A DNA stretch of 64,000 bases from an uncultured Dehalococcoidia bacterium. GTDB lineage: Bacteria > Chloroflexota > Dehalococcoidia > Lucifugimonadales > UBA1127. Shown piece after piece: positions 49,097 through 59,302 of this stretch. Below the pieces are notes generated by a model. It did no database searches. It was given only the letters and a program-made list of their open reading frames with translations, and was not told the origin of the DNA. Position 1 is the first letter of the stretch, and every line of letters begins with the position of its first letter. A program made the translations under genes and the position numbers. The stretch is taken from contig CAZVDP010000011.1 of the NCBI GenBank assembly GCA_964625945.1, positions 112-64,111 on the forward strand, in the 5' to 3' direction.

Positions 49097-50320
49097 ATGA
49101 AAGTAAATGGTACTCCTGAACCCGTCCGACGGTTTCTGAATTCGAAAATGGGTTTCATCTTGGTTGCACTAATCGCAATCCTAGCCAATCCCAGCTGTAC
49201 GCTTGAAGCTGAAACACCGGACTCAACCTCTCAAACCATTAGCGCGGCCTCTGAAAGTGCTTCATTAGATCCAGGCACCAACAGGCAACAACAAATTGTT
49301 GCAGCACAAGAGACCGTATTGGCAACGATTTACCGAAATTCCCTTGCATCGGTCGTCCACATCCAAGTCACGCGTCGCGGTTCTTCAAGCACCATGCAAA
49401 CGCCTTACGACAGCCCGCTGCGCCTTGGCTCCGGCTCGGGTTTCGTCTGGGATCAACAGGGACACATCGTAACCAACTATCACGTGGTTGCGGAGGCGCG
49501 CGACATAAGTATTCAGTTCGCAGATGGGACTGACGTAGTTGCCGAAGTTATCGGAGGAGACCCTGATTCGGACCTCGCCGTCCTCCGCGTGTCTATGCCG
49601 GAAGACAGGCTATATCCCTTGCAATTAGGGACAAGCGAAACTCTGCGCGTCGGACAGCTAGCCGTCGCAATCGGAAATCCCTTCGGACAAGAGTTCACCA
49701 TGAACAGTGGGATTGTGAGCGGTCTCGGCCGCTCGATCAGAGGAGGCACCAGTCCTTACACAATCCCTAAAGTAATCCAAACAGATGCGCCGATAAACCC
49801 CGGCGACTCAGGGGGCCCTCTCCTTGACCGCACCGGGCGCGTGATCGGTATTAACACCCAGATCATAACTCGTAGTGGTGCAAGTTCAGGTATCGGCTTG
49901 TCGATACCTGTAGACCTTGTCAAAAGAATCGTTCCCTCATTGATTACCGATGGGGTCTATACCTACCCGTGGCTGGGGGTAAGTGGTGTATCCGTCCGCG
50001 GCCAGTTGGCGGAGGCTCTTGGCCTCCCTCGAGATACTCGCGGCACACTCATCATCGAGACTATCCCTGATGGCCCTGCCCAATTAGCGGGTCTTCAAGG
50101 TGCGTCCGGTGTGAAGCGCCTTCAAGACATAGATTATCCGGTCGGGGGAGATCTGATTACCGCGATCAACGGAGTGCCTGTCAATCAGATAGAGGACCTC
50201 ATCGTGTATTTGATAGAAGAAACCGTGCCAGGTGACTCAGTGACTGTCTCCATTACTCGCGAAAACGAGAGCCTTGATTTGCAGGTCTTGCTGCAACCTC
50301 GGCAGCGAGTAGTCCCATAA
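49097..50320 (+). CDS. htrA: HtrA/DegP-family serine protease with PDZ domain
   Basis: Catalytic triad context TNYHVV / DSDLAVLRV / TDAPINPGDSGGPL. N-terminal anchor and C-terminal PDZ. Confidence 0.9.
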   Translation: MKVNGTPEPVRRFLNSKMGFILVALIAILANPSCTLEAETPDSTSQTISAASESASLDPGTNRQQQIVAAQETVLATIYRNSLASVVHIQVTRRGSSSTMQTPYDSPLRLGSGSGFVWDQQGHIVTNYHVVAEARDISIQFADGTDVVAEVIGGDPDSDLAVLRVSMPEDRLYPLQLGTSETLRVGQLAVAIGNPFGQEFTMNSGIVSGLGRSIRGGTSPYTIPKVIQTDAPINPGDSGGPLLDRTGRVIGINTQIITRSGASSGIGLSIPVDLVKRIVPSLITDGVYTYPWLGVSGVSVRGQLAEALGLPRDTRGTLIIETIPDGPAQLAGLQGASGVKRLQDIDYPVGGDLITAINGVPVNQIEDLIVYLIEETVPGDSVTVSITRENESLDLQVLLQPRQRVVP

Positions 50321-50351
50321 ACCCTGCTACTGGCCTTACCAGGCGCAAAGG

Positions 50352-51260
50352 CTAAATTTGTCTAGGAAGTTTTTCTCGCAAGAGCCTGATGTGGTCTGGA
50401 CCGAGCCCACAGCACCCACCTATCACCTGAGTGCCTGAGGCTACCCATTTGCGAGCGTACTCAAGATACGCCTCCGGACTGATGATATCCTCCCATAGCC
50501 AGTTCGGCATTGCCCATCCCCCAGAGTGCGCGTACGCTCCCATTGGGCCTTGCCAGGAGTCGCGTACCGCTGCAAGGGCCGGCCCGACATCCTCCGGTTG
50601 AGTGTGCATCACAGAAACCAGCGAGAAGCCTATTTCCGCTAGAGATAGAAGCTCTCCTTGGACTGCCTGTTGTGTGTCGTGAAGCGTGACAAGTCCTTCG
50701 TCCGAATTGAATTCGCAACCAAGCCCTAACCATACAGGAAGGCCGGTACCAGCCGCAGCGGTTAAAGCAGCTCGCGTGTAACCAAAGTGGTCCACCATCT
50801 CAAGTAACAGGATGTCTACGCCTGAAGTGGCCAACAGTTCAGCCTGCTCCGTATAGGCCGCTTCGATTTCTTCATGCGTAGGAAGGTTTGATGCATCGTC
50901 GCCTGGAGGCCACGATGACAATGCTCCAGCTATCAGCACCTCCCTTGAAGGCTCTGAAATCTGCAACGCTTCCTTTGCCAGGCGCACAGAGTCACTAGTG
51001 AGCTCTATTGTCAAATCCCCTAGGCCTGCTTGCTCTAGGATATACCGGGCCGTAGAGAACGAGTTAGTCGTGATAATATCTGCGCCAGACCGAATATAAT
51101 CGACATGTACTTCTCGAACTTGGTCCGGATGAGTGGACAATGCCGCGGCGCTCCAAGCGGTCCCATGCATTGGCACCCCTCGTAGCTGGAGCTCTGTGGA
51201 TATTCCCCCATCTAAGATCAACACTTCGCCTGCGGCGAGGCGCCTATTCAGTCGTGACAT
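50352..51260 (-). CDS. mmuM: homocysteine S-methyltransferase family protein (Hcy-binding domain)
   Basis: Track ORF 50352..51275. LILDGGISTEL and Zn-ligand GGCCGLGPDHI. Overlaps the upstream LLM gene by 17 nt (start 51260) or 32 nt (start 51275). Confidence 0.8.
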   Translation of the reverse strand: MSRLNRRLAAGEVLILDGGISTELQLRGVPMHGTAWSAAALSTHPDQVREVHVDYIRSGADIITTNSFSTARYILEQAGLGDLTIELTSDSVRLAKEALQISEPSREVLIAGALSSWPPGDDASNLPTHEEIEAAYTEQAELLATSGVDILLLEMVDHFGYTRAALTAAAGTGLPVWLGLGCEFNSDEGLVTLHDTQQAVQGELLSLAEIGFSLVSVMHTQPEDVGPALAAVRDSWQGPMGAYAHSGGWAMPNWLWEDIISPEAYLEYARKWVASGTQVIGGCCGLGPDHIRLLREKLPRQI

Positions 51261-52356
51261 TTCCCCCCTCTGCATCGCGGATCAATCTGGGCTGACACAC
51301 TTCCAAGATTTCGCGTAACGGGGCTAGCCCTTTCCGAGTCGGCACAATTCGCACAATGGCCGTGTCTAGCCCGTCGGCTAGCGACCGTATCGCGGCCGGC
51401 GCTCCCTCCGGACGGCCAAAGTATCCCACTGTTCGTGCCAAGTCAGCAGGAAATTCCTCAACGAGATTTTCGATCGAAGCACCTTTATCGCGAAGTCTCT
51501 CAGCGTGCGCCAACGTATCCCCGAATCCCATACGAATGAAGTGAGCGGGGTACCCTTGCTTGAGGTCCGACGGCCCGGCGCCTGGTCGGCGTAAAGCATA
51601 CCCAAGCAAAGCTCGGACAAAGGATCTTCGTGCGAGATCTTCGTCTTGATCGATTGAGACGCGTATATAGCAGACGGTTTTCACTTCATGTTCGTTTCGT
51701 CCTGCAGTTCTCACCCCCTGCAGTAACCGCGCTCGGCTCCAACGGACCTGTTCCGTCGTACACCAGTTGAGGGCAACGCCGTCTGCTATCTCTCCAGCCA
51801 GCCGTAACATCCTCGGACCCAGGGCCCCCAAATACACCGGGGTTGCAGGAGGCGGCTCGAGACCGAGCCGGAATTTTTGCGGACGAGCTGCGCCGACAGA
51901 GTAGGTAACCCGTTGGCCGGCCAGCAGTTCTTTTAAACTCCATATATAGTTCCGAGTTAAATCAACTGGGTCTTGTTGTTGGCCATCTCTCAGGCAAGCT
52001 TCTTTCAGCATTGATATTGAGCCCGTCCCCACTCCCAAAACAAATTGTCCCCCTGTGATCCCACTGGCTGTGCCAGCGCTCATCGCCATTGCCAAAGGCG
52101 TTCGTAATGTCATTGGGGAAACAGCAATCCCGGTCGAAATGCCTAGCGGCGTGACTTCCTTGGTCGACGCCCAACGCGTGGTACACAACTGAAACGCATC
52201 TAGACCATTTGATTCTGGAGTCCATACACTCGCGTAGCCTAGCTGTGCAGCTAGAGAAGCCGCACAAGCTTCGTCGGCCCAAGTTAAGCCTAACGTCCCG
52301 TCTATGCCAATACCGATATCCATCGCTATACCCTCTCGAAGAGCTGCCCACGTCAT
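51244..52356 (-). CDS. LLM-class (luciferase-like) flavin/F420-dependent oxidoreductase
   Basis: PVYLGALGPRMLRLAGEIADGVALN resembles the conserved segment of Mer/F420-dependent LLM enzymes. ATG 52323 (MDIGIGIDG) is an alternative start. Confidence 0.8.
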   Translation of the reverse strand: MTWAALREGIAMDIGIGIDGTLGLTWADEACAASLAAQLGYASVWTPESNGLDAFQLCTTRWASTKEVTPLGISTGIAVSPMTLRTPLAMAMSAGTASGITGGQFVLGVGTGSISMLKEACLRDGQQQDPVDLTRNYIWSLKELLAGQRVTYSVGAARPQKFRLGLEPPPATPVYLGALGPRMLRLAGEIADGVALNWCTTEQVRWSRARLLQGVRTAGRNEHEVKTVCYIRVSIDQDEDLARRSFVRALLGYALRRPGAGPSDLKQGYPAHFIRMGFGDTLAHAERLRDKGASIENLVEEFPADLARTVGYFGRPEGAPAAIRSLADGLDTAIVRIVPTRKGLAPLREILEVCQPRLIRDAEGGNVTTE

Positions 52357-52464
52357 CCTAGCAGACCCCCTCCGGATTACAAGGCGATGTCCTTCTTGAC
52401 AGGATCAGTCCCTTCTAGATACCATCCCTCTGCCCTGCTGACTCTTCCAAGAAAGGTTCATCTA

Positions 52465-53601
52465 GTGGTGCCACAAACCTCCCCTGGACTTCTAAGGACT
52501 CCCCTTTACCATAACCACCTTGTAGGCGCCGCTCAGATGGTTCCTTTCGCCGGCTGGGAGATGCCTTTACGATACACATCGATGCTCACGGAGGCTCGAG
52601 CGGTAAGGGCAACCGCTGGCGTTTTCGACGTATCACACATGGCCCGACTTGAAATTAGCGGCCCGGATGCTAGCGCGTTCCTCGAGAATGTCCTGACCTC
52701 TCACGTCACGGGCCTTCAACCAGGTCGGGCCGCGTACGGGTTTCTGCTTAACCTTAATGGTGGCATTATCGATGATGCTGTGGTGCTTCACCTTGCAGGT
52801 AAGTCCCCTCATGCTCCATTTCTATTGGTCTGTAACGCTTCTTCTCGCGAGGCCGTGCTGGGCTGGCTCCAACTGCAACGATCAGCCTACACAAGACTCG
52901 AGATCACGGATTCAACTGCCGCGACGGCGATGATTGCTATCCAGGGCCCAGAGTCTCTGGAAATCCTCGCTAGGATGACCGTCACAAACCTTAGCGAGAT
53001 GCGCCCTTTCGGTGGAACTCGCACGTCCCTCTCCTTGCCTGACCAGCGGATCGTTGACGCCATTGTTAGCCGCACCGGGTACACCGGTGAGCTAGGCTTC
53101 GAGATAGTCCTTGCTGCTGAAGCCGCAACGAGCTTATGGAACAGCCTTATTGCTGCAGGCGCCCTCCCTTGCGGTTTGGGAGCGAGAGATATCTTGCGAT
53201 TGGAAGCTGGGCTGATGCTGTCCGGAACCGACATCGGCCCGAAGGTGACCCCGTTTGAAGCAGGGCTGGATCGGTTCATCTACCTTGATAAAGAAGTCTT
53301 CATTGGGCGGCAGGCGCTACTTCGCCAGCGGACACGCGGTATGCAGACACGCTTGGTCGGATTCCACATGCTCGCGAAAAGCATCCCGCGTAAGGGCCAG
53401 TCTATACTCTTCGCAGGTCTCCCGATCGGAGAGGTCACCAGCGGCGGCTACTCTCCCTCTCTTGACATAGCCATAGGGCTAGGCTATGTTTCGATCGAGC
53501 ATTCTAACCGTGGCACGGATTTGATGATCGATATGCGCGGCCGCGAGGTGCCAGCCCGGGTTGTGAAGCTCCCATTTTATCGCCGGCCCAAAACCCTGTG
53601 A
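52465..53601 (+). CDS. gcvT: glycine cleavage system T protein (aminomethyltransferase)
   Basis: Track ORF 52387..53601. The conserved N-terminus LLRTPLYHNHLVGAAQMVPFAGWEMPLRY begins shortly after GTG 52465 (AAAGG 8 nt upstream). The start is uncertain. Confidence 0.93.
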   Translation: MVPQTSPGLLRTPLYHNHLVGAAQMVPFAGWEMPLRYTSMLTEARAVRATAGVFDVSHMARLEISGPDASAFLENVLTSHVTGLQPGRAAYGFLLNLNGGIIDDAVVLHLAGKSPHAPFLLVCNASSREAVLGWLQLQRSAYTRLEITDSTAATAMIAIQGPESLEILARMTVTNLSEMRPFGGTRTSLSLPDQRIVDAIVSRTGYTGELGFEIVLAAEAATSLWNSLIAAGALPCGLGARDILRLEAGLMLSGTDIGPKVTPFEAGLDRFIYLDKEVFIGRQALLRQRTRGMQTRLVGFHMLAKSIPRKGQSILFAGLPIGEVTSGGYSPSLDIAIGLGYVSIEHSNRGTDLMIDMRGREVPARVVKLPFYRRPKTL

Positions 53602-53640
53602 CGCGCAAACTTAACGCTTGAACTCCTGCGGAGGGAAACT

Positions 53641-54036
53641 GTGGCTGAGAACCCTGATTCTTTTCTTTACACAACCGAGCATGAATGGGTAGACATCAGA
53701 GTTGATGGAACAGCCGTAATTGGCATAACCGCGTTTGCCCAAGAACAGCTTGGGGACATCGTCTACCTCGACCTCCCCAGTCCCGGTTCAACCCTGACGC
53801 AATTCAGCAAGATGGGCGAGATTGAGTCAGTGAAATCCGTTTCTGATCTCCTCTCCCCAATACATGGCGAAGTGACTGAGGTCAATGAGGCCGCGGTGAA
53901 GAGCCCTGAACTTGTAAATGAAGCCCCCTATGCTACCGGTTGGCTACTGCGCGCGAAGCTGACCGACCCCGATGATGCCAGTCGTCTCCTGAGCAGAAGC
54001 GAATATGACACCCTGGTAGCAGGCTTGGACCATTGA
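53641..54036 (+). CDS. gcvH: glycine cleavage system H protein
   Basis: Lipoyl-lysine motif GEIESVKSVSDL. GTG start after GGAGGG. Confidence 0.95.
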   Translation: MAENPDSFLYTTEHEWVDIRVDGTAVIGITAFAQEQLGDIVYLDLPSPGSTLTQFSKMGEIESVKSVSDLLSPIHGEVTEVNEAAVKSPELVNEAPYATGWLLRAKLTDPDDASRLLSRSEYDTLVAGLDH

Positions 54037-54043
54037 GGAGAAG

Positions 54044-55381
54044 ATGAAACCATCAGTGTCACATCCGTATTTGCCCGCGACCGATGCCCAACGACAAGAA
54101 ATGCTTGGCTCTGTCGGCGTAGATACCGTCCAAGACCTTTTCCAGGATATTCCTAGTCGGTTTCGCTCTCCATCGCTCGACCTTCCGGCCGCCCTATCCG
54201 AACTCGAACTCCGGCAAGAACTCGAGGAAATTGGGTCGGCCAATGCCGTCTCTGGAAAATATATGTCGTTCCTTGGCGGGGGCGCATACCATCATTTCAT
54301 CCCAGCCGTAGTCAGGGCCATGGTGAGCCGCGGCGAGCTTCTGACATCCTATACGCCATACCAGCCAGAGGTCAGCCAGGGAACTCTTCAAGCTACCTAC
54401 GATTTCCAGACTTTAATATGCCTTCTGACAGGAATGGACGTCGCTAATGCTGGTATGTATGACGGCGCCACAGCCCTCGCGGAGGCTGCGCTAATGTCCT
54501 GCCGTGTCACTGGAAGAGACTCCGTGGTAGCGTTAGCCAATGTAAACCCTAGATACCTCGACGTTGTACAAACTTACTGTGCGCCCCAAGGCATCACCGT
54601 TAACATTATCCCCCCGGATTCACCGGCGACGGGGCCTGAAGATGCATGCCTGCTCCTCCAATACCCAGATTTCCTCGGGGGAATAGCTAGCATGACTGGC
54701 CTCGCCAACTCCGTTCATGCTAGTGGCGGACTCTTAGTCGCATCGGTCAATCCCCTCGCCCTCGGCCTTCTGAAGCCGCCCGGTGAATCCGGGGCAGATA
54801 TTGTTACGGGAGAATGTCAGCCGTTAGGTATCCCGCTAAGCTTTGGCGGCCCGTATGTTGGCCTTTTTGCTTGCCGCGAAGAGCACGTGCGCCAGATGCC
54901 AGGTCGCGTGGTAGGGCGGACTCAAGATCAAACGGGAAAACCTGGTTTCGTTCTAACGTTGCAGACTCGCGAACAACACATTCGAAGAGCACGCGCCACT
55001 TCCAATATTTGCACCTCGGAGGCACTTATCGCTACAGCCAGCGCCGTCTACCTTGCGGCCCTCGGACCGTCCGGCCTACAACAGGTTGCTGCTCTGTGCT
55101 ACCACAAGGCGCATTATACTGCTTCATTGATCAAGCAAATTCCCGGCTACTCGGTAGTCCTGCCAGACGACACGGACTGGTTCCATGAATTCGTCATCCA
55201 GGGCCCCTCAGCACCAGCCGACCTCAATAAACGCTTATTCGAACGCGGAATTCTCGGGGGGATCGATGTGAGCCCTCTGGTTCCGGGTGGCCTCTTGCTT
55301 TGTGTGACGGAAATGAACTCCCGGAGAGAAATCGACGCTCTTGTACAGGCCCTCGCGGAGATAGCTTTGGAGTTACAGTGA
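54044..55381 (+). CDS. gcvPA: glycine dehydrogenase (decarboxylating) subunit 1
   Basis: Family-typical YTPYQPEVSQGTLQ and TREQHIRRARATSNICT. Confidence 0.95.
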   Translation: MKPSVSHPYLPATDAQRQEMLGSVGVDTVQDLFQDIPSRFRSPSLDLPAALSELELRQELEEIGSANAVSGKYMSFLGGGAYHHFIPAVVRAMVSRGELLTSYTPYQPEVSQGTLQATYDFQTLICLLTGMDVANAGMYDGATALAEAALMSCRVTGRDSVVALANVNPRYLDVVQTYCAPQGITVNIIPPDSPATGPEDACLLLQYPDFLGGIASMTGLANSVHASGGLLVASVNPLALGLLKPPGESGADIVTGECQPLGIPLSFGGPYVGLFACREEHVRQMPGRVVGRTQDQTGKPGFVLTLQTREQHIRRARATSNICTSEALIATASAVYLAALGPSGLQQVAALCYHKAHYTASLIKQIPGYSVVLPDDTDWFHEFVIQGPSAPADLNKRLFERGILGGIDVSPLVPGGLLLCVTEMNSRREIDALVQALAEIALELQ

Positions 55382-55394
55382 GAAGGGTATCACA

Positions 55395-56852
55395 ATGAAC
55401 CGTAATTCTGTCCTTGGACAATCCTTAATGCAGCAAAGCGTTCCAGGGCGCGTCGGCGTCCGCGTTCCAAGCCTCGACGTTCCTTCTCAACCTCTTCCAA
55501 GCGCGGCACTGTTACGGGATGACCTCGCTTTGCCCGAGTTATCTGAACTTGACCTCGTCCGGTACTTCACTCACTTATCTCAGGCGAATTTCTCAGTTGA
55601 CACAAATTTCTACCCCCTTGGTTCCTGTACGATGAAATATAACCCGAAGGTCAACGACGAGCTCGCCGGACTGCCAGCCTTCGCATCCTTGCACCCCCTA
55701 CAACACCCAGAGTCCGCACAAGGGGCCCTCTCCTTACTGTCCCACCTCCAAGACTACTTGTGTGAAATAACTGGGCTTGCGGGCTGCAGCCTCTCCACTT
55801 TAGCCGGAGCGCATGGCGAATTGGCTGGAGTTTTGATAACAAAGGCGTTTCATCAAATCAACAACCAGGGCCATCGGGATTTAATGTTGATTCCTTCGAG
55901 TGCTCATGGGACAAATCCCGCCTCGGCATCAATGGCTGGCTATAGAGTTCAGGAGATCCCCTCAAACGCCCGCGGCGACATGGATCTCGATGCGCTCCGA
56001 CTAGCGGCAACGCCCGATCTGGCTGGCTTGATGATCACCTTGCCCAGCACACTAGGCCTCTTTGATCCTTCAATAGCGGAGATTTGTGATGTGGTTCATG
56101 CCGCTGGCGGTGTCGTGTATGGGGACGGGGCAAATATGAACGCCCTCTTGGGACAAGTCAAACTTGGCGCGCTAGGCTTTGACATTGTTCATCTCAACCT
56201 ACACAAAACCATGAGCACGCCGCATGGAGGCGGGGGACCAGGTGCAGGGCCGATTTGCGTAACAAGCGACCTTGTTCCCTTTCTCCCCACCCCGATCGTT
56301 GCGCATGAGAAGGGTGCTACCCCTCCGTATCGATTTGCGACCCCATCACGCTCTATTGGGCCTATTGGCGGCTTTCATGGTAACTTCGGCGTTCTTCTCA
56401 GGGCCTACGCGTACATCCGTGCCCTCGGCGCGGACGGGCTCCGACAGGTGAGTGAGGACGCTGTGCTGAATGCCAATTACATCAAGGCTAACTTACAGAA
56501 CACATATGACCTAGCGTACGATCGTCCGTGTATGCACGAGGCCGTTTTCTCGGCCCGCGCCCAGAAAGCTTTGTCCGTTCGGGCAATGGACATTGCTAAG
56601 CGGCTGATTGACTACGGCATTCACCCTCCTACAATGTATTTTCCGCTTATCGTAGACGAAGCGCTAATGGTTGAGCCCACCGAAACCGAGAGCAAAGAGA
56701 CTCTCGACTTTTTCATAGCAGCGATGGAATCGATCGCACAGGAAATACTGACGTCCCCTGATATCGTAAAGCACGCGCCTCACTCGACGCCGGTTGGGCG
56801 GCTTGACGAGGCACTAGCGGCTCGGAAGCCTGACCTGCGCTGGCGGCCCTAA
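55395..56852 (+). CDS. gcvPB: glycine dehydrogenase (decarboxylating) subunit 2
   Basis: PLP-lysine context HLNLHKTMSTPHGGGGPG. Confidence 0.95.
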   Translation: MNRNSVLGQSLMQQSVPGRVGVRVPSLDVPSQPLPSAALLRDDLALPELSELDLVRYFTHLSQANFSVDTNFYPLGSCTMKYNPKVNDELAGLPAFASLHPLQHPESAQGALSLLSHLQDYLCEITGLAGCSLSTLAGAHGELAGVLITKAFHQINNQGHRDLMLIPSSAHGTNPASASMAGYRVQEIPSNARGDMDLDALRLAATPDLAGLMITLPSTLGLFDPSIAEICDVVHAAGGVVYGDGANMNALLGQVKLGALGFDIVHLNLHKTMSTPHGGGGPGAGPICVTSDLVPFLPTPIVAHEKGATPPYRFATPSRSIGPIGGFHGNFGVLLRAYAYIRALGADGLRQVSEDAVLNANYIKANLQNTYDLAYDRPCMHEAVFSARAQKALSVRAMDIAKRLIDYGIHPPTMYFPLIVDEALMVEPTETESKETLDFFIAAMESIAQEILTSPDIVKHAPHSTPVGRLDEALAARKPDLRWRP

Positions 56853-56891
56853 CATGGAACTGTAGACTCTCTGAGGATTAAGGAGGCACCC

Positions 56892-59228
56892 ATGACTTCA
56901 GTCCAAAACAATCAAGAGCACGATTTCCAGTCAGCCCTCCCAGACACCACAAGCACATTCTCCGTAGATGGGCTGCACGGGCCGGTCACGATTGTCCGTG
57001 ATCAGTATGGTATACCGCATGCTCAGACCAATTCCGTCCACGACGCATTTTTTGCCCAAGGCTTCATGACCGCGCAAGATCGCCTGTGGCAAATGGAATA
57101 CGACCGCCGACGGGCGTATGGGCGGTGGGCGGAATATGCTGGGCCGAGTGTAATTGCTCAGGACATCACCATGCGGCGCTTTCAAATCGGCCAGTCGGTC
57201 CAGGAAGATTACCGCGAATTGAATACAGAAACTCGTGAGATGTTAGTAGCCTACACAGAAGGCGTTAATGCCTTTATCACAACAACGAAATCCTTGCCCA
57301 TTGAATACCAGCTTGTGGGAGGAGCGCCCGAACCATGGTTGCCACAAGACTGCCTAGCTGTTTTCAAAGTTCGTCACATTCTCATGGGCTCCTTCGAGGG
57401 AAAACTTTGGCGTGCTCGCCTTCTTAAATATCTGGGCGCCGACAACGCTGCACGGTTGCTCCCTGGTTACCAGCCGGGACATCTGGTCGTCGTCCCTCCC
57501 AAAGGGGTGTTTGATGGTCCGATTGCAAATGCCTTGGAGGAGATGGGCAAGAGTTTAGAGACGATTAACTGGATGGATGTTCCGGATTCCGGAAGCAACA
57601 ACTGGGTCGTGTCTGGGGACCGGACGGCCAGTGGCAAGCCGCTGCTTGCTGGTGATCCACACAGGCCTTTAGATGTAGCGAATGTTTACTACCAGAATCA
57701 TATCAGCTGTCCAGAATTCGACGTGATCGGTTTATCCTTCCCAGGGATGCCTGGCTTCCCGCACTTCGGCCATAACTCCGATGTGGCATGGTGTGTCACA
57801 CATGCCATGGCAGACTATCAGGACCTTTACCTAGAACGGTTCCAAGACGGGAATCCAACAACTTACGAATTCAAGGGTGAATGGAAACCAGCGACCGTCC
57901 GGAGTGAGCAGATTGCCGTACGCGGCGGTGACCCCGTCGAGGTTTCTGTGACTGTGACGCATCATGGCCCAGTGATTGCCGGCGACCCCTCCACTGGATA
58001 TGGGATTGCTTTCCGCTATACGGCGACTTCCGGAGCGAATCACGGAGCGGAAGCATTGCTCCCAATGCTCCGTACCAAAACCGTGGATGAGCTTGAAGAC
58101 ACCATGCGTGTGTGGGTGGATCCGTGTAATAACTTCGCCTTCGCAGATATTCAGGGGAATATTGGCTACCTAACGCGTGGACAGATACCAGTCCGGCCGA
58201 TGGCCAACGCTTGGTTGCCGGTCCCCGGTTGGAGTGGAGAGTATGAATGGGATGGGTTCATTCCTTTTGAGTCGCTGCCACGGGTCCGGAACCCCGAGAA
58301 TGGTTACATCGTTACTGCCAACAACCGGATTCCGTCCTCCGACTACCCGTATTATATCAACCTAGATTTCGCTCCCGAATTCAGAGCACGTCGTATCCTT
58401 GACCGCCTAGAGGCTCTTCAGAATGCGACGGTAGCGGATATGGCGTCGATCCACGGCGACCGCCTGTCCATCCCTAACCGAAGGTACGCCCAACTGCTTG
58501 CCAAGGCTCCCGTTAATCACCCGCTGGCGGAACACGTCCAACACCTTCTGGCCAATTGGGACGGCGTGATGCGCCCAGACAAGATAGAGCCCACGGTTAT
58601 AGCGGCCACACGCACACACTTAGATCGACTCATTCTCGTGCCCTTGCTTGGTGATTTAGCCGAGGAAGCTTTTACTGCTTCGGGGCGCGGCGGAGCAGCG
58701 CATCTTGGTCGCTTATCAATGCTGTTGCTCGAAGCAACGAACAGTCCTGACTCATGGATGTTACCCCCTGAGACAGGTTGGGAAGCGATGCTTGGGAAAG
58801 CCCTACACAGTGGCCTCACATACCTGACAGATCGTCTTGGGGCAGATGTTTCGAACTGGACTTGGGGTGCAGTCCATGCGACTCGCCCGCGCCACACCCT
58901 TTCAGAAACTGTGCCTGCTCTGTCCAGCTTGCTTGACCCGCCTTCAATCGAAATGGGAGGGGGAGGCGAGACACCCCATGCAGCAGGCTACTCGCCATCC
59001 GATCTGTTCACAGTTACAGGCCTGTCAGTAGCTCGCTATGTCTTCGATCTTGCTGACTGGAACGCCTCGCGGTGGGTGATCCCCTTGGGTTCCTCTGGTC
59101 ACCCCGGGAGCGCCCACTACGCTGATCAGGCGCCAATCTGGGGCAATATTGAGTTGATACCAATGCTTTACACCTGGGACCGAATCACCAGTGAAGGAGA
59201 ATCCAGCCAGGTTTTGCAACCCCGATGA
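56892..59228 (+). CDS. penicillin acylase family (S45 Ntn-hydrolase) protein
   Basis: GIPHAQ, FFAQGFMTAQDRLWQM, autoprocessing site GSNNWVVSG. No obvious N-terminal signal peptide. Confidence 0.85.
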   Translation: MTSVQNNQEHDFQSALPDTTSTFSVDGLHGPVTIVRDQYGIPHAQTNSVHDAFFAQGFMTAQDRLWQMEYDRRRAYGRWAEYAGPSVIAQDITMRRFQIGQSVQEDYRELNTETREMLVAYTEGVNAFITTTKSLPIEYQLVGGAPEPWLPQDCLAVFKVRHILMGSFEGKLWRARLLKYLGADNAARLLPGYQPGHLVVVPPKGVFDGPIANALEEMGKSLETINWMDVPDSGSNNWVVSGDRTASGKPLLAGDPHRPLDVANVYYQNHISCPEFDVIGLSFPGMPGFPHFGHNSDVAWCVTHAMADYQDLYLERFQDGNPTTYEFKGEWKPATVRSEQIAVRGGDPVEVSVTVTHHGPVIAGDPSTGYGIAFRYTATSGANHGAEALLPMLRTKTVDELEDTMRVWVDPCNNFAFADIQGNIGYLTRGQIPVRPMANAWLPVPGWSGEYEWDGFIPFESLPRVRNPENGYIVTANNRIPSSDYPYYINLDFAPEFRARRILDRLEALQNATVADMASIHGDRLSIPNRRYAQLLAKAPVNHPLAEHVQHLLANWDGVMRPDKIEPTVIAATRTHLDRLILVPLLGDLAEEAFTASGRGGAAHLGRLSMLLLEATNSPDSWMLPPETGWEAMLGKALHSGLTYLTDRLGADVSNWTWGAVHATRPRHTLSETVPALSSLLDPPSIEMGGGGETPHAAGYSPSDLFTVTGLSVARYVFDLADWNASRWVIPLGSSGHPGSAHYADQAPIWGNIELIPMLYTWDRITSEGESSQVLQPR

Positions 59229-59302
59229 CACACGAAGTGGCATCCAACCAGCGCCTGAGTCGTTGACAGGCAAATTGATAGCTACCTAGAATTAAAGATC
59301 CA

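Noticed and set aside
52357-52464. Glycine riboswitch expected upstream of gcvT
   Set aside because: No GGAGAG...ACCGAAGGGGCAA-type aptamer core is visible. The gap is short and also has to hold the divergent LLM promoter. A TTGACA at 52401-52406 lacks a well-spaced -10.
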